Source: Lepidodermella squamata
Lineage: Eukaryota > Animalia > Gastrotricha
Assembly (NCBI GenBank): GCA_047495785.1
Contig: JBLDXI010000004.1
Span: 1,116,001 to 1,180,000 of the forward strand
Length of the DNA: 64,000 nucleotides
Direction of reading: 5' to 3'
Part shown: positions 13,501 through 23,170 of the stretch, piece after piece
Layout of the letters: each line of letters begins with the position of its first letter
How positions within the stretch are numbered: position 1 is the first letter of the stretch
Made by a program: the position numbers and the translations under genes
Notes under the pieces: generated by a model
The model's database searches: none
Told to the model about the DNA's origin: nothing
Seen by the model: the letters and a program-made list of their open reading frames with translations, nothing else

Positions 13501-15027
13501 GAGCATAGCGAATTCTTCCGCCGTAGTCACCTTGACCGTCATCGTCGGTTGCCAATAATTATTATATTTAAGAAACCTCAGAAAATTTAATATTCAATCG
13601 CAGATATTTCAAGTCTTTCAAGTCTTTCAAGTCATTTTCAAGTCTTTCATAATTATGATTAAGCGTTATGTTTTCGTGTGTTTTCAGTCACGGTCCCTGT
13701 GAGCGAGAAGCCGCACATCCGCTGTTTCGACTCGACAACTGGCAAATTCAACGGCTGCCGGCCCCAAATCCCTGGCTGCCTGGCTAACACTGAAACTCAG
13801 CAATATTCGTCTAATGTGTTCATCAACTATGAATGTTGCCTGCTCGGAGTAAGTCTTTCCCAATTTACTCGCATGTGATGTCTATAATTTTATGTTTGAA
13901 CAGAACGCGGTTTCGTGCAAAGATTCGTCTAACCGAAGTTCATGCTACGCAGCCTGCCCTGGAGACCTATCACAGGTGAAACCTGGTTCGAAACTTGCGC
14001 ATCTATTGTTCTGTGTGTGTTTCTAAAACAGGTTAAGCTCTTCTCGGACTCGCAATCTTTTCAGCTGAACCACGGCAAGTGCATCAATGAGACAACGCCC
14101 AAGGTGAGTTGGCATTAACTCGAAATCACGAATGTCGACAGCTATTCACAATTATATTTTATGGCTCAGAGCCTAGTTTAAGCATGTGGCTTGATGGTAG
14201 CGCAACAAGGCGATCAGTTTAGTTTCAAAATTTTCCGGCTTCATTCGGACATCCCAAGCTTTTACATAGAAACTAAAAGATTTCCAGAAAGAATGGGGTT
14301 GTACCCTCGGACATTTACATATTGTCAACGTATAGAGATTTGTTTGATTAATTGAATATCAGCAACAGAAACTTATGATCCATTTTTCGAGTCTAACGGG
14401 AGGGGGGGGGGGGTGGTGTGACGGGCGTCACCTTGCTTCATTACTATCACTTTAAAAAAATCGGAAGAACATATAATTTTATTTACTGTCCTATGTAAAT
14501 TTTAGCCGGATGGGTATTTCCGCTGCGTCGACAACAGCGATGGCGCTGTTCATTGTGTCACCGAGTCGGCAGGCTGCAATGCGGCAACTCAGCTTCGAAT
14601 TCCGGCTAATGTGGTCTATCCAGACGAGAGCGCTTGCAAGACTGCGACCAAGAAGTACAAGGTTGTGAGTTATCCGGGTATTCTCAGAGATGTCTCCGCG
14701 GCACAATGCGGCGCAGTCAATGCTACTTTGGCGACGATTAGGTCAGACGCTGAGCTAGCCGCAGCAAAGGAAGTGCTACAGCAGGCTGGCTCTGCGTTTT
14801 ATTCTGCATGGGTCGCTCTCACCCAGCAAAGCGGCATACTCACATGGGATGACGGATCTAGATTCACTGTCGTCGCAACACAATGGATTGACGTTAGATC
14901 TGATGATGGGTGTGTAACCTTACATTACTTCACTAAAGATGAAGATTACGCGCCATCAGACGGTTATTACTATATGATGAATTCTTGTGATAACTATGTC
15001 ACCGGTGTTTTATGTGAGCATTTTTAG
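4560..15027 (+). CDS. Lectin gene 1: secreted protein with 6 four-Cys modules + CTLD, 10 exons
   Basis: Exons 4560-4724, 4785-4826, 4882-4968, 5058-5141, 5204-5284, 5347-5398, 13688-13848, 13904-13975, 14032-14103, 14506-15027, all GT-AG and in frame. Signal MVSYHFAVLLTLLLASS; CTLD motifs C..NATLATI, AWVAL, WDDGS, CV, C...GVLCE. Confidence 0.85.
5804..6081. mobile_element. Palindromic MITE inserted in the left TIR of the 5744-7545 element
   Basis: 5804-5890 is inverted at ~5978-6081; flanked by aaaatttc / aaaattttc. Confidence 0.75.
6235..6720. mobile_element. Foldback element with ~170-bp arms and GAGCTGAGCTC subrepeats
   Basis: ggtgatttaaagaaggagctgagctc... is mirrored by ...gagctcagctccttctttaaatcacc. 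Confidence 0.85.
7871..8347. mobile_element. MULE-like MITE
   Basis: TIR gttcacaaactacttcgga / tcgaagtagttagtgaac; near-perfect 9-bp TSD ttatagtgc / taatagtgc; internal cttcgg repeats; an inverted fragment recurs at 9204-9233. Confidence 0.65.
8485..9084. mobile_element. 600-bp GC-rich foldback element with TGT...ACA ends and 4-bp TSD (Ginger-like, non-autonomous)
   Basis: Ends tgttagggcccgagcccg / cgggctcgggccccaaca; TSD tcac at 8481-8484 and 9085-9088; inner ~180 bp of the arms look perfectly complementary. Confidence 0.8.
9370..12672 (-). CDS. LINE ORF2: AP-endonuclease + reverse transcriptase
   Basis: APE motifs TIN, VQE, SVYAP, GDLN, LDYIL, SDH; RT motifs YRGISLL, QFGF, FIDLEKAYD, GLRQGCPLSP, FADD, YLG; RTE-type C-terminus LRYLGHIVR and RGRPRTRW. 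Open from the ORF1 stop with no early ATG. Confidence 0.95.
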   Translation of the reverse strand, partial: DRNPPSCKNRYELLTDLNDDDLLVLSTSCDETHEEDEGNAKKGKKILKNRQKSKSKTILRQSKISDENSSQNIHFKICTINTTTLNKKQEEANHEFCLYDAVAVQELCLKGQGHINLRHGTLYYSGVNDGRAQSGTGIYVRRRKHVLVIEVKNINERIISARLKVNRDMYNIISVYAPANSCTKSLDAFLQVLQQEYSRLNSKKGTTIIMGDLNGRILSAKNSKSVGPYSDIIGNDKGNLWLEFANSNNLCFVNTFFPNIGYTWQRGSGKTERRSFLDYILVDKEDKNKFLNCDIQENSILDSDHRLVRGVINCPNLNRKRVEIKKSIKHQLLRKEEFSEKFNNNLTTIASSSENKPKSIDDTWVNTKSNLLDAARTTCGERKIGTVSEKPAWRTPLANQIIQKGKENFKNYTKGRIDREHYTIARNEKNHALERLKVLKDQSEFSELDKMIENPLDYENIKKFWLEIKRLRGENKEKSEAHPLEKEDGSLTNGIDEILDVMKNYFMELLQGLENEPDNPEPNIPPENPSLTEITLTEIKNAIDHMKNGKAPGIDEIRPEMIKALSETNIKWLSKILNQAWSEKMVPEEWSTAIITPIYKNKGEKCKCQNYRGISLLSVVGKLYAIILERKLRALIGSKISKLQFGFQPLKGTRDCIFVLRQIIEKIIFFKKELHLVFIDLEKAYDLVDREKVWTALKNMGVDSSLIEAIQSLYKVNKVAVKVDSELSDFFYVTRGLRQGCPLSPLLFIATFNKICEQLSEEKVGFPISDEDFLNLLAFADDGTLLGMNHDEISRLLKIFDLECTELGLKINVAKTQYMIIAKDETATCKYELELNGKKLEKVTKFKYLGSIITSDGKIDEELNYRISKAGSVFGAMNKFMCNKNQDSISTKLKVLTCVIIPTIIYACESWNISIAQENRLNTIEYRWLRSIVGVHLMDYIPNIDIRLALCGGLIEVSRIVEKQRLRYLGHIVRSRDYDEKGLINKIYTWMPPFGWFAPRGRPRTRWINGVHRSLIKVGLTKEIRRKKKSNIKKDKKDKVTKKKGDKKKPGENKFETKIIPDLQLAELASFEKDEWRMIVNSIDNYEFFGKSRIFNCGGG
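12673..13542 (-). CDS. LINE ORF1: gag-like nucleic-acid-binding protein
   Basis: 289 aa; CCHC knuckle CYKCGGFGHLQYHC; charged, coiled-coil-like N-terminus; N/G/R-rich tail. Confidence 0.85.
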   Translation of the reverse strand: MTVKVTTAEEFAMLNSLIDEVDNVELRDKMRRSVSIIQTDVLVGIATNQREAEAERKQHLVEKIANQDRLEITGLPEANWEEEVRKLLPKNLPRWRPQERKANGTVIIELIEDTRRSREMIFREAKSWKAELKVSTVKTGHMRDVEEILQVEKKALEDQGYQGIKIRGANITQGKTLLTSYCSLAKELVQVHQPNEDYKPEPERTGQPQCYKCGGFGHLQYHCPNPDEDGEYLHQRNHHQQQYRPNNRNYSGNGSYRNNNNGYNGIYNNQGRGGWGYAGQGGGQGGRRW

Positions 15028-16220
15028 CGAAGCTATTGAGCCTTTTTCTGATAATTTTTCGTGAGACGTTTGGCGAGCCGAAGGTATAGAATTGTCATAA
15101 AAAAGAGAGATAATTGATCTGACAAAGAGATAATTTCGCCGTGCGTTTAGAAATAAAGTGTGTATGAAGTAATAGTGAAAAATGTATGCTCTTCTACGGG
15201 GCGCTCTGATGACTCTACATATGAAAACCACCGTAATCCGGTACAACCTTGACCACCTACGCCCATGCAAACTTCAATGTGCTACGTAAATTCAACACAT
15301 GCGATTTTAGTCGGGTTTTCAACGTAGTTCGACTGGGGCCGCCCTCCGTAACATCCTGATATTTTTTACTCTCGGAAATTCGCAAGCGTAATGATTTGGC
15401 AAATGGCACACTAAAAGTACAAGTTTGAACACGGGTTAATCCACGAGTGACGTAGTCAGAAAAATCCAGCACGTCAATATGCTTTTATGCGAGCTAGCAT
15501 CAGCATAGACGATTTATGTCCGATTCCCCGAAATAACTTCCCCGGAACTATTAGTGATTAGTCGTTGTAGTAGCGAAGAGAAAGACGCCTGTCATGCTCA
15601 ATGAATTTCCCCGAAAACACACACATGCATAAACTGCTAGAAGATGAATATAAACAAGCATTAATATCAAAAATTAATGCACAGGCGGACGCACACAACC
15701 ACTTCCATGAGCTGTCGGCATAAACACAGAGAATCGACGTGAATTGACATAAGAAGACACCCGTCCCAAGGAGGTTAATCCCGCATAGAAAACGCATAGC
15801 TATAGCTGCATAGAAAACGCGCGTAAATCAACATCAATGTATATTGCAGCGAGGAAAGTAGCATCAGGGACGCCGGGGACGATGAGGATAGTACCAGGGA
15901 CGCGTACCTGGTAGGTTGGAGGGTCAAGGCGTCCCCGCCAGCCGCCAGGGACGCTGAAATCTCCGGTAGGTTGGCTGGCAGATCGTAGTTGTATCGCAAA
16001 ATGAGTGTGGCAAAGGCTATTTTAGCCTTATTTACGGCAAAATATGTTTATCTAAGCTCGCTCCTCGCTTCGCTCGCTATGATCATAGCGCATGCTAATT
16101 TGAAATTTGCGCTCGACTTTCAGAACAGAAGTATTAATTTGAGTTGAAAACTTCATGCGTTACCAACTTGGATAAATATATTGTATTCATCTAAAGGTGA
16201 TAAGTTTCAAGTCCTTCAGA

Positions 16221-16375
16221 CTTGGGGATTCGACTCCAGGGAGTCGCGATTCCCGACTCTGACTCTTTGTGAGTTTGTGAGTTTTGAGTCGCCAGGTTGT
16301 GAGTCGGAATCGGCAGGAGGGAGTCGAGCTGAATCGACCCGGGAGTCTAGGAGTCGCGACTCTTTCTCGACTCTA
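16221..16375. repeat. Small element with clustered GAGTC/GACTC motifs (MITE-like)
   Basis: Many gagtc/gactc motifs in both orientations within ~150 bp. Confidence 0.5.
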
Positions 16376-16843
16376 AGAGATGGTGCGTAATCCGCGATTA
16401 CTAGCGCACCTTCCGCTCTCTAATTCTTGTCAAATACAAATTAGGGTCACCTTAATTCCTAATCCACCTTAATCACTAATCACACCTCGGCTAGATGTAT
16501 CACCCTGATGACCCTGATGAGCTGAAGTAATTAATTAACGAGTACCGGTCGCTAATCTTCTCGCGCCTCGCCGAATTCTTACTATATAAACGGGGAAATT
16601 TTATTCCAAATCTCATCGCTAATCAAAATATAATCATGGCTATTAATTGGAGCGAATTTGAGGCCGCTATTGCCGCGGTTGTTGATCGGGTAAACGTCCT
16701 TACTCCACCCGAACCAGTCGAGCCTAATGTTATATTGTCGATCGACGGAAAAACACCCGACGTTGTCGCCCATTTTTTCGCAAACTTATGTTTGCTTTAA
16801 TTACAGGGTGAAACTGAATAATTTATTATTTTTAATCAATTAG

Positions 16844-17183
16844 GTTTCTTATTCGAACAAGACTTGGGCTGGTACTTGCAACGTTTTACTCGCTGGCAAG
16901 AAGAAGCGCTGCTCAGCGGTGATTCACCGCAAAACTACGTCGAATTTTTGCCGCCACCTGTCGTCGAAACACAAGCCCGAATTTGACGCCTACAAAGCCG
17001 CCGCGCCTACGCCGCGAGTCGAACCGGGCCAGAGCAAGATCTCAACATCGCTCAGCAACGTGCCATTGGTTGTTCCGTACCCGCGTGATCATCCTCGCAA
17101 AACCAAACTCGACACTACAGTCATTTTCTGGGTCATCAGCCGCGACGTGCCGTTTAACGAAGTCGATGCGGAGTCCTTATTAG
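16844..17183 (+). pseudogene. hAT transposase N-terminal fragment (BED zinc finger)
   Basis: Exon reads VSYSNKTWAGTCNVLLAGKKKRCSAVIHRKTTSNFCRHLSSKH...PYPRDHPRKTKLDTTVIFWVISRDVPFNEVD. No catalytic domain follows. Possible left end tagggtcacc near 16442. Confidence 0.75.
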
Positions 17184-19334
17184 GTGAATTAAGGTTGATT
17201 CTGTTTTTATTTGTGAATTTTTGCAAAATTTTGACCATTTTCAGGCCATTCTTGCGGCAAAATATCTAAAAATAGCGTCAACTAAAGCTCCCTTCGCTCT
17301 CAAAACACAGTTAAGAAACAAAGTTAATTCGAATTAGAAAGATTGTGAAAAGGTTGGAAACTGGAGCACTGATGAATCATAGCGGTGAATAAGCATGTTA
17401 CAAACGTATCGGATAGTTCTTCACACCTTCCGCTACGTGCGTCATTGCTGTTATCAATAATCGTCAGAGGTGTTACAGCCTGCGTCAAATTGACGTCAAA
17501 CGGAAACGATGTGCGTCAATGATAAAAGTGATTCATGTAACAGTGTAGTACACTGAGTGTACATAAACCCACCCTGAAATCTGTATAATCAGCACATTTA
17601 CGGATCCGCGGTGGTTTCCTCCGGCCACTAAAAAGCCGTGAAATGCCAGTTTTCTCTAACAATTGATTGCTTGCACGCTGCACGCTATTGGTCAATTCAA
17701 AAATATGCGCATTAATGCTGCTGCGAAACAAAATAACCCTCGACTTCACATATTGATGCTTATTTGCAGATCCCCCTAGAAAAGTGAACGACGAGAAATT
17801 CAAATTTCGCGTTTTTCTGCATGTTTTTCACTGCAAATTAAATTTGCATTCGAAAAAAATTTAAAAATTAAAAGAAGAAAGAAATTAGTGTTGTAAGCAT
17901 TGAGTGAGAAGAAGAGTTGAAGAGAGAGAAGAGTTCAACCATTTCCTAATAAGTCGAAAATAATCATTTTTGGCATTTTTCGATCGATATTTTGACTTAG
18001 AGATATTTCTCAGGCTGACAAGCTGCATCGCGAGTTACGGAACAATTTATTTACCCGTATATAATCTATATTATGCAAATCACTTGATTATTGCAAATCG
18101 CACTGTCTTCAGTGTTAAATAATACATCTTCGATTAAAAATGATATTCTGAAGTCAAGAAAATGTGTGTCAACAGGGGTTACAAATAAACTTAGTTTTCG
18201 ATGTTGCCGATATTCTTTAAATCAAAATAAATCGAAGTTTTGCTCTGCTTGAATTTGCCTGAATTCAGCCAAAAAATAATTTCAACGTGAAATTCGTTGC
18301 CAAATTGCTTTTCAAATTCAAATAGAAATGTGGAATTATTGAATCAACAGACTCGGCTTTTCGAAAGACTGGCCTGGCTTTACCCGAACTTGCGCAACAG
18401 CGCAACGAATTACGAACCCTGCGCAACGGAAGAATGATTCACCAAGAGCGGTACTTGAGCGGCGAGGCGCTTTACCAATTGCTAAATGTTGAAAAACAAA
18501 ATGCAACAATAAATACAGTAGCGGCAAAATTTGATATTGCTAACCACAGCCGGCATTTGTCAATCATAGCCAGCGTTGGACGAAATGCCCTTATGAGAAA
18601 ATATTATATCTTGCGTAAAAATCAATGTCAACATGTTTGCGAAGTTCGGTGGTTACGGGGTACCTTTTCAAAGTCCAAGCTGCTTTCAGGCCCGAATGTA
18701 TTTCTAACAAAAGGGTCCCACCTGCGGTTTTCTTGTGATTTCAGGTCTGAACCACTTGAGGATCCTCACTGGCCTTGGCCCCATCTCAAGAGGTCCAGGT
18801 CTGAAAAATAAGTAAAACGCATGTGGGGCCGTTGTTTAGGTAAAATTTTGACAAGCCCTGAAGAAAATACCCAAAAATACCCCAACCCGAGCCAACAAAG
18901 TGAAGAACAACCATTTGTTAAAAACAACTTTCAAAGAATCAGCTGAAAAACGCGTGAAAATGATCTCTGCATGCTAAGTGATTCTTGGTTTAGGCACGCT
19001 TTCTATGAAACCGCCAATTCGCTGCAAGCTCCAAGCCATTCGATTATTCGAAACATAAAATACAAGGGATTTATGTATTCTCTCCAGCCTTTGTTTTATT
19101 TCAGGTCAACCGTCGATAGCTATGATAACTGATAATAGTACTCGCTGCCGTAGTTATCGATTTACTTTTTTTAGGGGAAACATGTTTTAAATAGCTTTAC
19201 TAGGATATATAACGGGGGGCGCGTTGTTTTCGTAGAAAATCGAATCTGCGGTCTAATTTATTGTACCAAAAAAGAATAACTTGAATTGAGGCTTGAATAA
19301 AAACGAACGTAACCCGCTGCAGTTTGCCGGGGCG

Positions 19335-19489
19335 TAGTGCGCGTAGTAGGATCCTCGAACTGGGGTATTTCGGGCCCCAATTATATAACCAAAGGGTCCC
19401 TCCCCCTGTGGTTTCTTGGAGGTTTTTCTACTTTGGCCTGCCGAACTGGGGGTACGATACCCCTCATTCCCCTCGTACTTCGCGACCAG
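19335..19489. mobile_element. hAT-type MITE, same family as 56330-56495
   Basis: Imperfect TIR tagtgcgcgtagta / tacttcgcgaccag; 8-bp TSD ccggggcg / tcggggcg. Confidence 0.7.
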
Positions 19490-19754
19490 TCGGGGCGGGT
19501 TTTACAGCCGGAAAATTCTGGCTTCCACTAGTCAAAACATTGTTAATGTGGGTTCTATAAGCCGAAGTTCATGTATGAATTAAAAAGAACGTCAAAAACT
19601 TTGAAAATTCTGAATCTTTACCAGAGTTGCAATCACTTGTAAGTAGCCCCTGCGATACTACCGATAGGACAAGATTTTTTACGCAGACACACATTTTACT
19701 AGCGTGTAAGATGCCTGATCTATGCAAATCGGATGAGGCTTCTGTTATGAAATA

Positions 19755-21486
19755 CAGTGCTCCCTCGATAAAAGCACTGGGTCGGGAGCCAGACCCGGTC
19801 TTTAAACAAGGGAAAGCTATAACGAGGGCTGTAATTGAATGCAGAAGCTAAAAATAGACCGTTTCTACGCCTTAAGACAGTTACCATGCCAATGCGCAGA
19901 AAGAGACGGACACGGATTACGTGTCATTACAAATTTCGCTCGCTGAAGGCTGTGAAACAATAACACTATGAATCATAAGTTCGTCGCCAAGTTTTTATTC
20001 TTATTTGCCAAGGCGGTTTTGATTTGACTAGTTGGCCTTGTGTTTTTACTCTGATTTTAAGTCCTGCCTGGGGTTAACGAACTCAGAATAAAAAAAAACC
20101 TGGAATCTCATTATTTCAATTTACTTCAAAAATGCCCAGCTCGTCCGATTTCGCAAACAAATTTAATTTGAAATCACAGCTTAAAAAATCAATCACCTTC
20201 AAGATTTACCGGAATACTTCTGAATTAATCACCAGCAACTTCAGCCAAACATTCTCAAGATAATGCAGTGTTCAATTCAGAACTCACGCTTCGCCTAAAA
20301 TTCGTGGAATTATTTAAAAAATAATATTAAATTTGAAACAATTAGAATGAAAAATGTATTTTCGTTAATTTTTTCGCGGTTAATTGCATTGAGCAATCAC
20401 AGACCGATTTCCAGGCATAAGACGTGCGGTTCCGTCAAGAGGGAAGAGGGAACAAGAGGGGGTTTAGATTGAATGGAATAAATTTGTATCTTCTCAGGCG
20501 TGATCTCGTTTTCATTCTAATAAGAATGGCCTATCAAGATCAGAGCAAGGTAAAAAATCGGGCAGAAGCTCCCGCCGCCCCTCCTCGGGATGTTGCGATT
20601 TTCAAAGTCAAAATCGAATGATTAAAAGTTGTAAAAATACCCGTAAAATTGCCAAGGCGGTGAGAAATCGTAGAGTAGTGGCAGCCAGTTTCATGTTAGA
20701 TCAGGCCTATCGACTATCGAAAATCGGCTAATAATTCCAATAACTCAGGACAACTGGAACGAATGAAATCGGTCTAATTATATGAGAATCAATCCATGTA
20801 TCGGAATTAAAATAAATCTTAAAACAAGGACGTGATTCTTCATGATTACGCAACACAGCCGGGAACAAAATTGGGAAAAACTGAAGTTTCAGTTTCCTTA
20901 AAAAAACACGATTTTTATCCTAATTTGATCATGCTGGTAAATTTCAAGAGATTTTCTGGCCGGGATAAAGCTAAAAATGAGAAATCAGGGCAATTCAGAT
21001 GAGTCTTTTAGTTGATCAGCAATTGACCTGAGGAAAAATCTGCAAATCAAAGAGATGAAAGATTGACGGGCATTTTTATAGTTATTGAAATGAATTGCTG
21101 ATTTTGTCTAATAAATTGGCGTAATTTCTGATAGAAAAGTTTAACAAAAAACAAGACGACTCGCAGCACGACTTGAGTGGCAGCTTATCCTCACACTCTG
21201 TTGCATAATCACAGCCATTTCAAAGCCACAAGAACAGCTTAATGCACTGATGATCTTTCAACTCGTTTGAACTAAACTTGAAATAACTGGATCTCTCAAA
21301 ACCACGACAACGCGCCGCTAGGTTTCTAGGAACGCTAATTTTTCACGCTTAATTTTTTTAATCTTTCAAACAATTATTATTTGTTTAATTAAAAATTTAC
21401 AACTAATTTATTTAGCAGGGTCCAAAATTACGGTCTACAAACGAGGGAGTTCTTTTAAGGAGGGTGCCACTAACGAGGGAGCACTG
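19755..21486. mobile_element. Tc1/mariner-pogo type non-autonomous element, 1.7 kb
   Basis: TIR cagtgctccctcg / cgagggagcactg with TA TSD. The joined flanks match an uninterrupted repeat copy at ~40320-40650. No transposase ORF. Confidence 0.85.
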
Positions 21487-22248
21487 TACACAAAATGAGC
21501 TACTTAAAAATAGCCACTTTCTGGGACCCTACAAATTCGCTATTTTTCTCTTCGAAATAAAAAGCCTATTAAACTCATCTTCAAATATGGATGGTCAAAT
21601 TGTTCAAAAATCGCCGTAATTTCCCCCAATTTTCCGGGCGTCCGTCTGTCGGCGGAAACCCGGAAATTTAATCCCGCGTTGTCTAAAAATTATACTTAAT
21701 CATTCAAAATTGTTTGTTAAATCATTTTCATTTAATTTGAAAGTCAATTGAAGACACATAATGAAAAGAACACGAAACGTCAGTGCATCGATTAATAAAA
21801 ACACCGGCGCGATGGTAAAAATAGAGCGTTCAAAAACACTGTATAGGCTGTACAAAATAATGAAAACACTTTTCATTCCCGATATGCATTCGCAATTCAC
21901 ATTTTTGAAATCGAGGTGCGTTACTCTTAAGCAAATTTAGGTCGATTTCTCATGTTTTTTTTCTCTTGTTACTCTTATTCCGAGTCAAGCCTCAAGCCCA
22001 GGCAATTCCAGCTCTCAACGTCTGCGCAACTATTTGGCCTATAAGCGACGAGTGTTTCGCAGGTATCCACAACGTTGCATGATGTTTCATTACGCAATGA
22101 CAAATGACACCATCTAATGTCAAACCATAGAGAAAAATGACCTTTCTTCTCTATGTGTCAAACATGATACGTGATCAAATTTCTCTGTACGCCAACCCAC
22201 AGCCCAAAACTTGTCGTATTTTCGTATTTTAGTGCCGAATTGCCGATA

Positions 22249-22539
22249 CAGTGGCGTAACCAGCTGGTTGTTTTGGTTGTTCAAACAACTACCAAAATGA
22301 AAACTACAATCCCCTCTTGCGCCCATTTTCTCTAGAAAATCTCTCAAATTGCTTATGATGTGAAAGAATTTGTTGCAAAATTGCCAAAATGTTTCTCGCC
22401 TAGCTCGAAAACCCGATAGCACCGATATTTCCTATTGAAAATCGGCACTATTCGACCTTGGATTCTCCTGAGAAAAAAATGAAACTTTAACTTTCAGATT
22501 CACAACAACTACCAAAACAATTTCCTGGTTACGCCTCTG
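22249..22539. mobile_element. hAT-type MITE
   Basis: TIR cagtggcgtaaccag / ctggttacgcctctg; perfect 8-bp TSD tgccgata. Confidence 0.9.
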
Positions 22540-22568
22540 TGCCGATAACCGAAATTCATCATTAGTTA

Positions 22569-22680
22569 CCGTATTTGTTCCTATAATAGCCCGGGCCACT
22601 AAAATTTCAACCTCAAAATTTTAAAATTTTGAAATTGAACTTGACCCCTCAACCCTGGGCTACTATTGGAACAAATTCGG
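22569..22680. mobile_element. Tc1/mariner-type MITE
   Basis: TIR ccgtatttgttcc..taatagccc / gggctactattggaacaaattcgg; TA TSD. Confidence 0.8.
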
Positions 22681-23170
22681 TATCATTTGTTTTCCTATTT
22701 ACCTATAAAAAAAAACCTTACTCCCCTGGGATAGCATCGAAGACACTATAGGCTTTAAGTTTTACGGAAATTCTTACATTTTTCGATAAAGCATAAGCCC
22801 TCACGTTATCAAAATTGTGGTTTGGGAAATGCTATCAACAACCCCCTTTAGAGCTGGGTCTAGTCGGATCACTGACCGATCCGCAACTGCTAAACGAATC
22901 GACAAAATAGAAAAATCTTATTATTTCAGATTTGCGTACACTATTTTGGAATTTATTTCTATTGGCAGACACTTTCTAGTCAAGAAGAAATACCGGAGGA
23001 CAGGAGCTCTGCTGTTGCAATGATCGCAGATTCGCCTAATCTTCTTCACCGATGCGATTAAATTTGATCGGAACTCATTCAATCATTTCAATTTATTATG
23101 TAAGCGTTCTCTTCAAACACATCACACGAATACTTTTCGACGGAAAATATCACAACACATTTTAGCAATG

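Larger units (their letters stand above)
9262..13630 (-). mobile_element. Full-length non-LTR retrotransposon of the RTE group with an ORF1, antisense in intron 6 of lectin gene 1
   Basis: ORF1 + ORF2; 3' AATAAA and (TAT)n tail at ~9262-9290; candidate 11-bp TSD gtcattttcaa at 9251-9261 and 13631-13641. Confidence 0.9.
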
